Below are positions 1 through 13,460 of a stretch of DNA of 48,660 nucleotides, one piece after another. The number at the start of each line of letters is the position of its first letter. The first letter of the stretch is position 1. This stretch comes from Octopus bimaculoides (taxonomy: Eukaryota): positions 62,702,458 through 62,751,117 of the forward strand of contig NC_068984.1 of assembly GCF_001194135.2 (NCBI RefSeq), given 5' to 3'. A program made the position numbers and the translations under genes. The notes beneath the pieces were generated by a model. That model did no database searches, had not been told where the DNA came from, and was given only the letters and a program-made list of their open reading frames with translations.

Positions 1-1000
1 ATGGAGTGGTTCCCTATCATTCATATTTGTATGCCCTACAACTGCAAGCTCATTCAGAACTTCCTGCTTCATTTCAGTGATAGATTTTCTGTGTTGTTCA
101 GCAAATATGTGGTCTTCAAATTCTGTTTCGACATCATTTTCCTGGCTGTTTTCCCTAGGGTCATTATATTCTCCTTTTTCTTCAGGCTCTTGAGTGGTTT
201 AGGCAGATGGTCGCCTTTCAGTCAATGCTTGTGGTCCAACGTTCCTCTCCTCTGCTTCATTATTTCTTTCCTGACTTATATTTAGGTCATTCTCTACCGC
301 TCTTTTAATAGAGGTCAATTCTGCATCTGTGAATCTGGTATTTCTGAGGATATCTCTTCTAACATTTGCTAACCTGTTTTCATCCACGTTTGGTCTGCTA
401 GCTGGAGGAGTTTGCGGTGTGTTTCTCTTGGGTTGGCCTACTTAATGCAAAGTAATAAGCGTATATTACTTCTTTATATTGTTCCCAGATCCATTTAATT
501 CTTTTACATTTTTGATTTTGTGGTCGGTGTGGTGGTGAACTTTGGGGGCTTAATTTGGGACAAATCCCATCTAAGTGACCTTCCAGGTTCGTATTCGAGG
601 AAGATATTCTGCCATTTGAAAATTTTTCGTCGTCAGGCTGACAGATACCTGACAGGCGCGCTTCCATTATAACCATTGGACAAGCGATTTGGTGTACTGT
701 TTGAATTTTTTTTTTAAGTAAAGTTAAATAAATGAAACCCCAAAGAATTTCTCTCAATACATAGCTATGGTTTTCCCCACTACTTCTGCTCGTGATTAAA
801 ATGCACATCTCATCAGCCACCAAAGAACATGTTCAACTGGTTAAAGGCAGACAACTGACAGACAAATCTGTGGTATTGAGCAGAATATTTGATGTGGCTC
901 ACCGTTTATACTAAGACAAAGCATTGTACATGATAACACTTCCAATCAGTTAAGATAAAAAGAGGTTTGGGCCACTGTCTGGTACTGCATCAGGGCATTT
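1..1000 (-). mobile_element. R4/Dong-clade non-LTR retrotransposon, 5' part (5' UTR plus N-terminal ORF region, decayed); continues beyond the left edge of the window
   Basis: Minus-strand peptides KRIKWIWEQYKEVIYAYYFALSRP and MDENRLANVRRDILRNTRFTDAELTSIK match the R4/Dong N-terminal KW-x-E-E-Y / LANVRR region. The same motif appears at ~35050-35170 (RERWIDDDYMQVRYASY). The 5' end abuts a (TTA)n tract at 1001. Confidence 0.75.
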
Positions 1001-1007
1001 GTTATTA

Positions 1008-1047
<40 letters not shown>

Positions 1048-1105
1048 ACGATCTACAAAGCCTTTACTTATTATCATTATTATTATTATTATTATTTTTA
1101 TTATC

Positions 1106-1165
<60 letters not shown>

Positions 1166-1261
1166 CATCCTTGTCGGTATCAGTATTGTTGCTGTTACCA
1201 TTGCATTCAGACGCTCGCTCACCATCGTCAACGTCATCATCATCATCGTCATCACCACCAC

Positions 1262-1304
<43 letters not shown>

Positions 1305-1330
1305 TACATCACCGTCATCATCATTTTAGC
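1001..1330. repeat. Compound trinucleotide microsatellite (TTA)n-(TAG)n-(CAT)n
   Basis: Read directly from the sequence; explains ORFs 999..1343 and 1064..1303. Confidence 0.97.
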
Positions 1331-3332
1331 ATTTGTAAAATAAATAAATATATTTCGTTTAAACTGCAGTTTAGATTCAATCATTTCACCCTTGTTTACA
1401 GAAACACCATAACATACTATACTAAGTTTCTGAAATATTTAACCATTTTAACACCGAAATGTAAAATAGAAATCTTCATTTGTGTGTGGGTGAAGATATA
1501 CATTTATAAGAATGTGTATGTAGAAATAAATGCGCAGCTGCGCTGAATCTGAAAGACTATCATGATTTCACTTATTGAGAAATGTATGAATGTTGCACAG
1601 GAACATTTGTCTTCTCCAACAAATGCGAAATCATATGCTTCTGCAATAAATGTATAAAAGGAACAGCTGAAGCAAGTTGGGTTTGGTAGAGGTGATAACA
1701 TCAAAAGCATAGACCTGAAACTCTGTATAGGAATAAAAACTGCTTCTATACGTCCATCTAAACATAGAAATCGGTTCTTAGTTACGGTAAATATCTATGG
1801 AAAGCCTACAATGACTCAGTCTGCCTGGAAGATAATGAAAAACCCAAATACAATACTTTCAATAGAATTGATTAAAATTAATGTTGAAACAAATATTCCT
1901 GAAAGAAAACAAAGAGAAATATTGGTAATAATTTTGCCACGGACAGTTTTATTTTACAGAAATAATGATGTATTCTTGGTTTATATGTTTTAGAATAGCT
2001 GGAATTTGCTATAGCTTAGCTATTTTCGTTGAGACTTTTTTTTATCTTGAACTATAGTAATGGACATTCACAGAAACATCCCATTTATATGGCTTCTACC
2101 TATTGTTCTAAATAGACTGAAAAATTTAGCGTTACACTGTTGTTGTTTTTGTAGTATTTTTATAATTTTTCTTTATATCTTGTTTAGCATTCAGAACCAA
2201 ACTTAGTTTCACCAACTCTGTTCATGTTTGATAAAAAATATTTTTACGGCTGAATTTTTACATCAGGTATTTGTAAAATACATATCAAATATAAAAAACT
2301 TTTTTAGGTAATAAATTACTAAAAACGTTTAATGATAGATGATGCTAAGTAACTAATTTACTAAATTTAACACAATTTAATTCGCCAAGAATACGGATTC
2401 GTTTTCAATGTCTGAAATGATATTTTTTTCCGAATTTCATTTTATAAATTTTAGGATTTTGTATAGTAATGCGTATAACATGTTAAATCAACTGAACGTA
2501 GAAAGGAGCCCACGTAATCATTACACAGACGTGAATAACATCCCATTCACTTATGATGCATGGTTGTAGTAATTTTTCGAAAACCTGTAGATTTTATGTC
2601 CGGCATTCATACATTTTGCACTTGCTATTTACGAAATTCTTGTTCCAAGCTCCACACTAAGAACAGCATTCACTAAAGCAAAACTACAATAAAATGAATC
2701 TGGAGACACGGTCATCGTTTCTCTTTTTGCGTCTTACATTGTTCGACTATAATTTCTTTGAAACAACAAATTGTTGCGAAAGGGATATGTCGAAAATTTC
2801 ATTGAAGCTATGTTGTCACTCTTGTATCTAATCGTGGATTGCTGTGATGATATGGCTGTTGTAGTTGTGTTGTGATTATTATTGTTTAGGATGAGAACAA
2901 TTCCAAAGGAGCTGACATGTGATTCATGTGGTAAATCAATCTAATCAATAGTTACCTTCAATCTAAGTTCAACTAATTGATCATTGCTGTAAGAATTCTA
3001 AAGATATTTCAGTTCTATTTCGTGCAGGTCGAGTGACAACATAACCACTGAATCATTGTGACTTGACCACATATACACTTAATCGTTGTCACTTGATACT
3101 TGCTAATATTGTAAACATAAATAAAAATATAATGGTGTCAAACTAGGCCAAACATAACGATAAGTCTCTCCATAATCTACAATCCAGTTTCTTTTCCCCT
3201 TCAGAATTGTTTCAGTCTATATTATATTTGATTTTGAGTCTTAATAATGATCTGAGATATTACACATTTAATGTGGAAAATGTCTACATTAAATTTTATG
3301 AGTTTTATTCCTTTGGACAAACAACACTTTAA

Positions 3333-5765
3333 CCCTTGTCTACCAAAGAAAATCCATGTCACTAATTACCAACTGGGTCCAATGTACTCAATATTTTCCT
3401 TTTAATTAAATTTTATTCAAACTACCACTATTTCTTAGCCATATTATATATGCTATCAGGTGAATGAAAAATTACTGTTTTTCACAAATCTTAATAATAA
3501 AATACAGCTTACAGAATATATTATAAATTCTAAAAAATTACAAAAATACAGAATTACGATTCTTCATGTCAGTGAAGCGGAAAACATTGGAATGTTCTTG
3601 GTAAACGTGGATATTACAACTCTTAGATATAGTGTGAGTTTTCCTGCGTTTTAGGGCCACGCAATGAACAAATTTCTTTTTTCTTTAGCTGAGGGAATCT
3701 CAAAGGAGGTTGAAGATCGTCTTCTTTTTTTGTTTGCTACAGAAATGCTAGCGGGACTAGAAGATTGTTTGTCATGTTCTTGCTTAGCATTAGCTACAGC
3801 AAGCTCCTTTCCTAACTGAATTAGGCACTGTCATCTTTTATCCTTGAAACTTTGCAAGTGAACGCTTTAGCAACACTGAAAGCATTTACTGCACTTATAT
3901 CAATCATATTGTGGAATATAACCATAGGCCACCTCAGAGTCATTCTTTTGATTTTGCATGTGTATGGCCCTAACATCTTATCTAGGGTACCTCCTCCTCC
4001 TTTTATTTTGTTGTAAAAAATAATAACTTCAGGTTTCTTTTCAGCACCTTTTGAATCAATTGAAGTCTGAGACTGCATTGTACTCATAAGTGTGACTACA
4101 TATTTTTTCTTGGGACAATAAGGCAGGATCATAGAATCATTTTGAAAAATCCAAATATTGTGCTGTTGATTTCTCTTTCTTTTCCATTTGTGAAAGCACT
4201 TGGAAGTTCAATTCTGTTCTTTCTAATTGTTCCAAATAAAGTAGTTTTCTTGCTAAGCAGCTTTTGACCCAACCCTAAACTTGTAAAGCAATTATCACAA
4301 GTTATATTGCGACCAGTATTTTCAAGTTTTTTTTACAAGGTCTTTAACAACTCATGAAACTTCTTTTTACTGGATGTTTTCCAGTGTAGATTTACATTAT
4401 CCAGGCATAAGATGTTTCACTGTTGCATATTGCTCAAATTTCAATTCCATATCTTCCTGAATGGGCAGCACCATCTGAATCAAACTAATTCTTCATCAGT
4501 TGTCATGCATGAACTTGGAACATATCCATCTTGCAAATTATGATTCCACATTTCAAATACTTTTCATATGGGCTCCAGTTTATCACAACTTCTCTTTTTT
4601 CTTCTTGCACTAGCATCATCAAATCACAATACTTGTAAAATCTGTTGAAATCTTCCCGGTTAATACTTCTTGACTTCCATAACTGTGTGACATTTACTTG
4701 TTTAGATTTATAAATACTTATAACAATAATCAGTTCAATAAATTTCTTTAGTTCAGAGTGATCAATTTCCTTCCATTTGTTTTGTAAAGTACCTGACCGT
4801 CAACATTTGTCTATTTACCAATTACTTCAAGAAGATTCTGGCGCAGAAAAAATAGTAAAACATGTTTCAATGCCATCGCAATACATTTTAGTAAAACAGG
4901 ATGGTCCACATTCTAGGCGTACAATATTGCAAGATGAAGTTCTTACTGCTGCTTGAATAAGAGGATTAGAATGCCAAACTTCTTGTCTGTCTCTAGAAAC
5001 ATATTGCTCATTTATAACCGGAAGCCTTGCAAGAAATAGCTTTTGAGTATCTTTATCTTCTGATGACAAAAAACTTAAAATCCCTTTCACCATCATCTTC
5101 AGAGCAATAGAAAGAGTCACTACTATCTTCTTCCCATTTTTCATCTAATTCCAGCAATCATTTCGGTATTTGGTCTTCACTCAAGTTTTCGTGTTTAGGC
5201 ATATTGGAAAGCACAACTGTACTATATGAAGCTTGATAGCAGATTGAAAGGCAGATATTGCTCTCTCATAAATTTACATATACTCTGGTGAAAGATGATG
5301 CAACATATTGTAAGAATTGCCTCATCACATAGAAATATTGCACCAACCTATAACTTATCAGATTCAAGGTGATGCAATACCACACACATTTACAGGAATA
5401 TTTTCATAAATTTTCGTATTTTATCTACAATTCAGCAAATAAATTGTATACAATTTTATCTATTTTATATCTGATAAATATCTAGGAAAATAATATTTGA
5501 TACTGCTTTTATTCTTTTTAGAATGACAAGAGTATTGTCTGAACTAGGTTGAAGGGTCCAGTGGACCCATACAGTAATTAATGTATGAAGTGAAATTTTC
5601 TAGCTTTTATGAATATATGGAAAATTTCCCATTTGACAAATGAAAGAAAGTGAAGAAAAAAATAAGTGTCACGAGAAATCAGAAGAATCAAATAGTGTAA
5701 TAGGTAAGGAAAAGCAACTGAAAGAACTGAAATATGGTCCTTTGGACCCATTGGTAGACAGAAGG
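3333..5765 (-). mobile_element. piggyBac-superfamily DNA transposon, full-length but decayed
   Basis: TTAA at 3329-3332 and 5766-5769. Imperfect TIRs cccttgtctaccaa (3333-3346) and ttggtagacagaagg (5751-5765). Transposase relic inside. Confidence 0.9.
3821..5120 (-). pseudogene. piggyBac (PGBD4-like) transposase pseudogene
   Basis: Minus-strand segments across frameshifts and stops: YVSRDRQEVW..NIVRLECGP, FEMWNHNLQDGYVPSSCMTTDEELV, GRNITCDNCFTSLGLGQKLLSKKTTLFGTIRKNR, KPEVIIFYNKIKGGGGTLDKMLGPYTCK..RWPMVIFHNMIDISAVNAF. Confidence 0.88.
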
Positions 5766-8700
5766 TTAATGTATAAACCGAATAACAATGCGATTGTGGT
5801 GAATGTGATTTCATCAACGTTATTAAAAAAAGGAAGCAAAGTTAATTGGTTCTTGTAGGAATATAAAACAGTATATACTTTGTATGCTGATCTTATGAGA
5901 GTAATGAATATTGTATTTATTTTGTTTTTTTTAAATAAGAACTAGATCGAAATTTTTAGAGAAGTATTGTAATCACTCGAAGCAACCATGAAATAAAGTT
6001 ATTTCAACATATCTGAAATAATGCAAAGAAATTGGACACGAACTATAAAATTAGGAAATGTTTGTAATACATTTAACATGGTTCTGTATATTTTCTCCCT
6101 CCTTACCAATTTCCTCTGCGAAATAAATTGGGTAAAAGCTATATTTTTAATTCCTTATTTCCCAAAATGGAAGTATTCTTTCATTTGTTTGAAAAAAAAT
6201 CACCACGAATCAATTGAAGATGTTTTATTACCTTAAATAATTTCGATGGATTCTTTGTGGAATATGTTAAAATTGGAGAAAATTTTAGATATTCATTTTT
6301 ATATGAGATGTTTTACGTAAGCTTGATAAATGTATTTAGTATATTGGTTTTCTTTAGAGGTTTTTCTTATGCAACTATATTTAACTAGCTGCTTGATAAC
6401 ATTATTAAAATTGTTGGCAAATGAATTTTTAAGTTCGAAGTGGATGGACGTGTTGAAATCTATTTTCCGGCAAATTATTCCTTAATGTATGTGTAAATTG
6501 TTAGTTTCTGAAAAGCATTTCCAAAATGTATATTAATGATAGAGAACAGAAAAAGAAACTATGATATCAATAAAATATCGAGTCACGAAATAAAACATAC
6601 ATATACAAGCTCATCACAATATTGCATAGCAGTAAACATATTTGATAATGCGCATCCTAGAGGAAAACTTGCAAATCTTATATATTTAAATAACTATTGG
6701 TTGTTTGAGATATTGCATCTTGAATATAAGGTGGACTTCTTGAAAAGGAGAGATTGGCAACGAGCGGATATTAAACATTGGGATTTCAAAAGTATAACGA
6801 CACTATCACTTCCTGGTTTATCCATTAGTTATATGAGACAAAATGAATTCGCTTCAGATAAATAGATCTATTATGCCTCATACTGATAGGTAATGTCAGG
6901 ACGCACAAAACAGCCGCAAAACAAACCGAATGCTAATGTGTGTAAGGGGAAGTAAGTTACATAGACTGAATATTAGTTTGACCTCGTCAACATTTTCATC
7001 ATGAAATTAACGCCAAAACTATTATAAGCTTCATAATATTCGAGATATTTCTCCTCCTTCTTGTCGTCATGATCATCGCAGTCATCATCTAGTGTATCAT
7101 CATCGTTATTCCCATCGTCGTCGTCGTCATCATCACTATCTTTCACGATTACAGTAGTATCGTAATGTTTCTCTACAGAATCTATCTTTAATGAATGCCC
7201 CTCTATCTTGTCCCATTATTAGCATCGTTAATGCCATGAACATCAACAACCAAAGATGAAACAGCATCTGCAATCTAAGCTATCTTTTCGACGCTGGTAT
7301 TACGAAAAGCTCTGAAATTTGCAGCCATGTAAGTTTGTACCCCTTCCATCCACACTACCATTAGCAAAGAATCTGCGCACTGTTCTTTCCAAGTTAAAAT
7401 CCCTATGAATGATACGGTTGAAATATTTTCAGTTATGGCCATCATGTATATAATTATTAACAAATGATATATATAAGAATTACTTTATTCAGCGTAGCAC
7501 CTTCCTCTAAATGTGGGAGTGGGAAGAAGCGTGTTTTGATTGCTGATTGAACAGTGTAGTAGCTATCTTTGCGTCATATGACCAAATCTTGGCTAAATCG
7601 GTAGACTGACAAATTACTTTTTGACTGTCTTAATAACGACTGTCGACAAATTCCATTTCGCTTAACTCGAAAAAACGATAGCATCAAGATACAAAATATT
7701 GATCTATTGTCAACTATGCTTTTCTTGTCTCACTTTCCAATCACTTCAAATAAGCTTCAAAATGTACGAAACAATGCGCTTTATGCCATTAAAATTTGTT
7801 CACAGACAACGTCTTAGAGAGCGCTGACAAAGTTAATAAATGTACTATTAGTTTTAATTATCTGTTCATGCGTAAAGTATACATTTGCAGAAGGATATCC
7901 CAACTCTGTAAGTACCGGCCTTTAAATGTGGATTATTCTGTGACAGCTAAGCACGTCAAAATCAACCAGAACACATCACTACACATCCATTACTATATAT
8001 ATAGCAGCAGTATCAATGACAGTATTTGCTACATTATTAGCCGATATGAACATCAGTTAAGAATAACTATTACCCAGCATATATTCAAGTCCATCTTGTT
8101 AGACGCTTCCACGGGCAAATGCTTGCATATTGGTTTACCAAAACAAACCGGATAGTAAAAACGTAATACACCATACATTACACATCATCATGTTTCCTTC
8201 CGTTATCAACTGCTGCATGCGAAGTGTATTTCTCAACTAATTTGAGCCCTAATATAAGTGCTAAGGTGAATCAATAGATCATAGTTGTTGTATTGTCGAC
8301 GTGAAAGGACTTACACTAATTTCTATCAACAATTAACTTTGTAACCGTTGGTTATTAAATTTCCTCTTGATTGAATGGTTCCTCCAAATTTATGGATATC
8401 TAAATAATACCTACCAAAAAGATTTTACAGACGCCATACATATGTGATGGTATAAATAAATGCTCTTTTTGCATATTATTATCAGATTCGTTTACAATGT
8501 TTAATCATCCACATTGATGCCCAATTGGAAGAATAGTAGTTGATATATTCAGGTATTTCCAAAATATAACAAAATAAATAGTTACAACTGAGATTCAAAC
8601 CACCATTCACTTCTTGAGGAAACTACGTTGCATTCAATGGTATTGTTTTCTGATAATAAAATGTTCATTTATCAAAACTATGTAAATAGGAATTTTAAAT

Positions 8701-9892
8701 GAGCAGAACATAAACAATGTTTATATAATAAAAGTTCACAAGCCCCTCAGGGGTAGAGATATTTAGCAATTAAGAGCTGAGGTTCCGACCACCAATGTAT
8801 GCGTTCAAATATCACCATCGCTGGCAGCATAAGAATTGGGAACAGGATAGAAATGTTCCACTCCTACAGTATTGAAAAATTCGTGAGTAGTAGAAGGAAG
8901 GGCTTGTATCTGTCAACAAAACCATTTGAACTACACAATGGAACCATATGAAAACTAAAGATAATGGATGGATAATATTCATAGATTATGTATGCATAAC
9001 AGCTAATATCAACTTTTACAGACATGAACTGAGTTATGATAATTTCAGTCCCTGGAAATAGACAAAATAAGGCACGAATTTGAGACATATCTAAGTTAAA
9101 TGTCAGAAATTTAAATTCTTTTCTGTAAACGAATCAAATTAATGATTCACATCATAAAACATATCACACAGAGAAAGGAAACAAACGTCTCGAAAATCAA
9201 ATGCAATAAAGGCTTCATTTAAGAGGCTGTTAGCGCACACATTTGAACACATATCAAACAAAAATAACGGTCACAAAAAATAATAGTTGATATCAATAAA
9301 AATCACTTAATACAGTTGTTTAGTAAAATCCATCATGAAGAAAAGTATAAAAAGAAAGTTGCTCCCGTTCATCACTACTCATCAAAAGATAACATTGCAC
9401 TATTACGCATATGCATATGCTTGCTCATTTTTTTTTATATAATAAAACAAGTTTCACTCCTGCTTAATGTTCCAGCAGTTAGCAACAGCAATTACATGTA
9501 CCTGTAAATTAGTGCGTCAAATAATCCATCCCGTGCATAAAACTTAAAAGCAAACTCTTTTAAATATAATCGATTTTTAAGATGGAAGCAAAAACAGAAT
9601 CCTTGTAATCATTATATGAAGCGTAAAATGTATAAACATAAAGGATTGGTTGAAGTGATCACAAAAACTGCAAGGTTAGTTAACATTCATCTATTACATA
9701 CTCCTAACGCAGCCTAGATTATTGAATTGCGTTAAATATTTAGTGCTGTTTGAGTTAACACTTCATACTCATGACCACAACGAATCATTGATAAAAATAA
9801 TCTGAACTGCTAATCCTCTACTTTTTAGCCCAACACTCATATAATTTCACTCATATAATTATCAAAGTATTTTCTGGAAAACAATAACGGTA

Positions 9893-10095
9893 TAACGGAG
9901 ATGCACTTGCATAGCAAGTGACCTGATCTGAGATCGTGTGCTGGAACAAAAATAATTGCAGCGTGGAAGGTGTTTATAAGCCATTTAAAATAACACACAA
10001 AATCCGTTAGATTCACTTCAACATTTAAATTTAATTTGTCAAAATATTTTCGTCGCTTTGAGACCGTGACCTGTTCACTGACAAAATTCTGTGCT
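9893..10095. repeat. Probable ~200-bp interspersed repeat, class unknown
   Basis: taacggagatgcacttgcatagcaagtgacctgatctgagatcg...gagaccgtgacctgttcactgacaaaattctgtgct resembles a recurrent octopus repeat. Recognition is from memory only; single copy in this window. Confidence 0.35.
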
Positions 10096-11113
10096 ATAGT
10101 TTCATGCAGAAAATCAAAATTTGGTTAAAATATTTAAACTGCGGAAAAATTTAATGTTACCAAAGTATACATTCAGAATTTATAAAGCTTCCTTTCATAA
10201 ACATGTCATTTTAGTTTAAACAACAGTGATAGTATTCATTATTGCTATCATAAACTTTGTCACATTTGTCGGCGTAGCAATGCGGTATCCTCATTATGAT
10301 CATCGTCATTAACATCATTATCACAGAAAAGATGATCACCGCGACCAACATCATACAACAAAAATTCATCATTATCGAACCTGTCGACGTCCTTCTCTAT
10401 AATTTCCAGCAAAATATTGTGATAAGAGACATGATTCAGTTTAAAAACGATGATGATATAATTAATATATCTAATGTAAACATGTAGAAGTGATTGTAAA
10501 TCACAGCCTTCCTGTGGAGTTAAAGAAATGTAAATGAAATGCCTCAAGTTAAGAACTGAAATTTGTCTGTAAACTACATTCTGTAAACATTATATTCTGG
10601 TATTTATCATCATCATGTCTATCAAATACTGCACTGCTTTCAATTACATGATAAATGAATGCCTTCCTGTACAAGCAATCCATTCATTATACTTAACATA
10701 TAAACATACAAATATCAAGCCAATAGGAGTGGTCCTACGTCGTCTTTCATATTGCAAACAATAGCAGCCAAATCTCCTCGAAAGCAAAGCGATTTCAGAT
10801 TATGTAGTCCTTAATAAAATGGTTTTACAAACAAAGATGACAGAAAAATGTTTATGGATTAATAGCTAGAAAGACGTCGAGGTTAAACCTATAAATCAAA
10901 GCTGGTCAATGATTAACGCATAAAATTATGAATCTGGAATTTTTATTTAATTTCATTCTGAATGAAGAGTATTTACTTAAAGTAGGGAGACGAACCTGAT
11001 CAGCAAAAATGTATTCCCCAAAGATCCGACTCAGTCCCCACTGCATATTTTAATGCCTTCGGAATGAATTCCAAATTGACTGGACTAAAAAGTGTTGCAG
11101 GTTACTTTATTGG

Positions 11114-11114
<1 letters not shown>

Positions 11115-11144
<30 letters not shown>
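11115..11144. repeat. (CT)n microsatellite
   Basis: Read directly from the sequence. Confidence 0.97.
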
Positions 11145-11145
<1 letters not shown>

Positions 11146-11241
11146 ATGCAGATATACTTTCAGTTTATTAAAAATTACTTTTTGCGTATTGTATTAAACG
11201 TGATAGCGTACCCTTAAAACTATATATTCGTTACCCAAGAG

Positions 11242-11290
11242 GTATCCCAAGAACACTTCTAAGGAGATATCCCAAGAACACTTCTAAGAG
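11242..11290. repeat. 25-bp tandem duplication
   Basis: tatcccaagaacacttctaag occurs twice at 25-bp spacing. Confidence 0.92.
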
Positions 11291-12254
11291 TCGTTATTTT
11301 AAATTGGCTTATCGGTGAATATTCTCACTCATTCTAGCTTCTGATGACTATGAATCTGGTTCTACGCTCCATGCATTCTCCTCTACCCGAACTGAGTCCG
11401 AAGCGTTTGCATTAATTATCAAGGATCAAAAATATCTCCTACTGTATTCCTCCTTTCAAATGTAATTGTTAATTCATTAAAAAGCATAATTGGTTCACTA
11501 TATTAATTCTTTAAGCGTGGAAAGTGGACATATCTGCCCAAAAGTTGGTTACCGTTAAATGTGGAAGCGACATTATCCCCTCAGATTAAAAATTAAAATC
11601 CTCCTTTATGCTACATGAAGCGAGGATACTAGCAATGACACTTTTCACCAAAAGATAATTTTTCAGACATTTCTTAAACTTTTCACGCTTCCTCAAATAT
11701 CTCTTTACAGGACAAAATTGAATACTTTTTGCAATGTATATGATAACCTTTCTTACAAAATGTTATAAGTAGAAAATATCAGATGTATGTTTTGACGGAT
11801 ACTTTACATAATTACGGGAAAGACTATGAAATGTTATTGCCTAGTCAAAGGTTTATACACGTTAACTGATTATATGCATATATTTGTTCAATCCTTATAA
11901 TGATATATATTTTTTTCTGAACCTTAAAACATGTACAGCTCATAAGTGTACATACTTCAATTCCTCTAGGGAACATTCTAACAGACGCATCTACAATTCT
12001 AGAAAATCGATATGTTATGCTTATGTTTTTTTTTTTAAGTACTATTGTATAATTTTTTGTGATGTTTTATAATTTGCTTTATTTCAAAATCCGAATACGT
12101 ATTCATAATTATTGCAGCATTATAGTGTTTATTGTATTCTATTTTGACGTTACTCTTCCGTCTATACTAGAATGGTTCTTAGCATTTTTTTTAAACGAAA
12201 ATATCCTGGAACACGACATAAAGAAATCACACACACACACATTCACACAAACTC

Positions 12255-12549
12255 GCATATATATATTGGTCCCATTTCCGGGTAGCTTCTTGTACCGTCT
12301 ACACCAGAAGGGAATCAATATTATCGATAACGGTGCGAAATTGCGTTCAACCATCTGGTCGATAAATGATAAGGAGTTGGTGACCTTCCATGTCTATTTT
12401 CCCTTCGTTTGTGCATCTATTATATGTTTTTTAACTTATTATTTAATGGAACACTATGTGCCCTCGGCTTTATTCACAGCATGTGCTTATATATTCGTAT
12501 GACGTCCATTTCCATCCCTCTTCTTACTTCTTTCTCCTTTTTCTCTGTG

Positions 12550-12600
<51 letters not shown>
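12255..12600 (+). mobile_element. 3' end of a non-LTR retroelement running into (CT)n, possibly Tx1-like; copy 1
   Basis: Homologous to 13040-13215: HQKGINIIDNGAKLRSTIWSINDKELVT vs HQKGSNIIVKGTKLRSTFRPITDEKLVT. Followed by a pyrimidine-rich tail merging into (CT)n at ~12555-12600. Family assignment is inference. Confidence 0.45.
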
Positions 12601-12604
<4 letters not shown>

Positions 12605-13215
12605 TCTCACTCCCTCTCGTTCTCCTCTTCTCTCGCTTCGCTGGGTGCTGCTACTTATCTACCTCCAACTACTGATATGTGACCTGTGGTCATCCGCTTT
12701 TTTTCTTCTACTCTTTGTCGTTTCTTTTCCACGCCGACTGCTGAAGCACCCGGTCGTATTTTGCTCTGGTTTCCACTTAAAACTGTTTCGCTGCCGGTTG
12801 TCCTTCTGTTTCCAATTCTTTAGGATTTTCGTCCCAGCGTTACCCNNNNNNNNNNATTCTTTAGGATTTTCGTCCCAGCGTTACCCATACTTTCACTTCT
12901 GTCTGGCCATAAGGTGTACTCTATTTATTTCGTCTTTGTCCCTCGTCCGTCCACTTATGATGTCGTCTTCAATTACATTTATTCATGCTCGTATTTCCAC
13001 TATTGTATGGCTTGTTTATCCATTTATTGTTTGTTTGTTCTCGTCCTGTTATGTTTTCCGTCATATTATGCGGCAGCTTCTTGCGTCGCCACCACCAGAA
13101 GGGATCCAATATTATCGTTAAAGGTACGAAATTGCGTTCGACCTTCCGACCGATAACCGATGAGAAGTTGGTAACCCTATATATATGTTTTCCGTGCATA
13201 TATTATAACAAATAG
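12601..13215 (+). mobile_element. Second, diverged and probably internally deleted copy of the same repeat family, spanning a gap
   Basis: Begins right after the (CT)n. 13040-13215 aligns with 12265-12430 (accagaagggatc-aatattatcg..aaaggt-cgaaattgcgttc). Confidence 0.45.
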
Positions 13216-13385
13216 TTGCACGCACATGTACAGATATTAATATTGATTACAATATTTACAAACATTCGTGAGGGCTTGCGATAATTCTTTTTGTTACCGG
13301 AATTGGATCTTGGAGCTCATAACTGCTATGAATTATAGCATGCATATACTGGGCTAAAAACCACATTTAGATAGAAAAAGTCAAA

Positions 13386-13460
13386 TGCTGCACGTGGGGC
13401 ACGAACCCACGTCTCCTGTAGGCCTTCAATACTTTCTATCCAAGGGGTTTGTCAACCCAG
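13386..13460 (-). pseudogene. Degenerate class II (Leu/Ser-like) tRNA-derived fragment
   Basis: Minus strand has a T-arm gtggg-ttcgtgc-cccac preceded by a variable-arm-like cctacaggagac. No intact D arm or acceptor stem. Confidence 0.3.

Noticed and set aside
960-1000. HDV-like or hammerhead ribozyme at the Dong 5' end (aaatgccctgatgcagtacc)
   Set aside because: CTGATGC is not the hammerhead core, and I could not fit an HDV nested double pseudoknot by eye; needs a descriptor search.
999-1343. Homopolymeric and dipeptide ORFs (poly-L/V/I, M, N, S, E, K, HT, YI, LS) here and across the window
   Set aside because: They are translations of microsatellites; those triplet and dinucleotide repeats lack stops in some frames.
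6985-7275. Minus-strand Asp-rich frame (EGHSLKIDS..DDDDDD..) and a 43-aa signal-peptide-like ORF (MLFHLWLLMF..)
   Set aside because: Explained by a decaying (GAT)n tract; frames are interrupted and there is no recognisable family or splice support.
10260-10547. Opposing 95-aa and 63-aa ORFs
   Set aside because: Degenerate CAT/GAT repeat drift; no motifs.
12815-12886. Perfect 31-bp direct repeat flanking a 10-N gap, resembling a TSD
   Set aside because: An exact duplication on both sides of a nominal gap is the typical signature of unmerged contig overlap.
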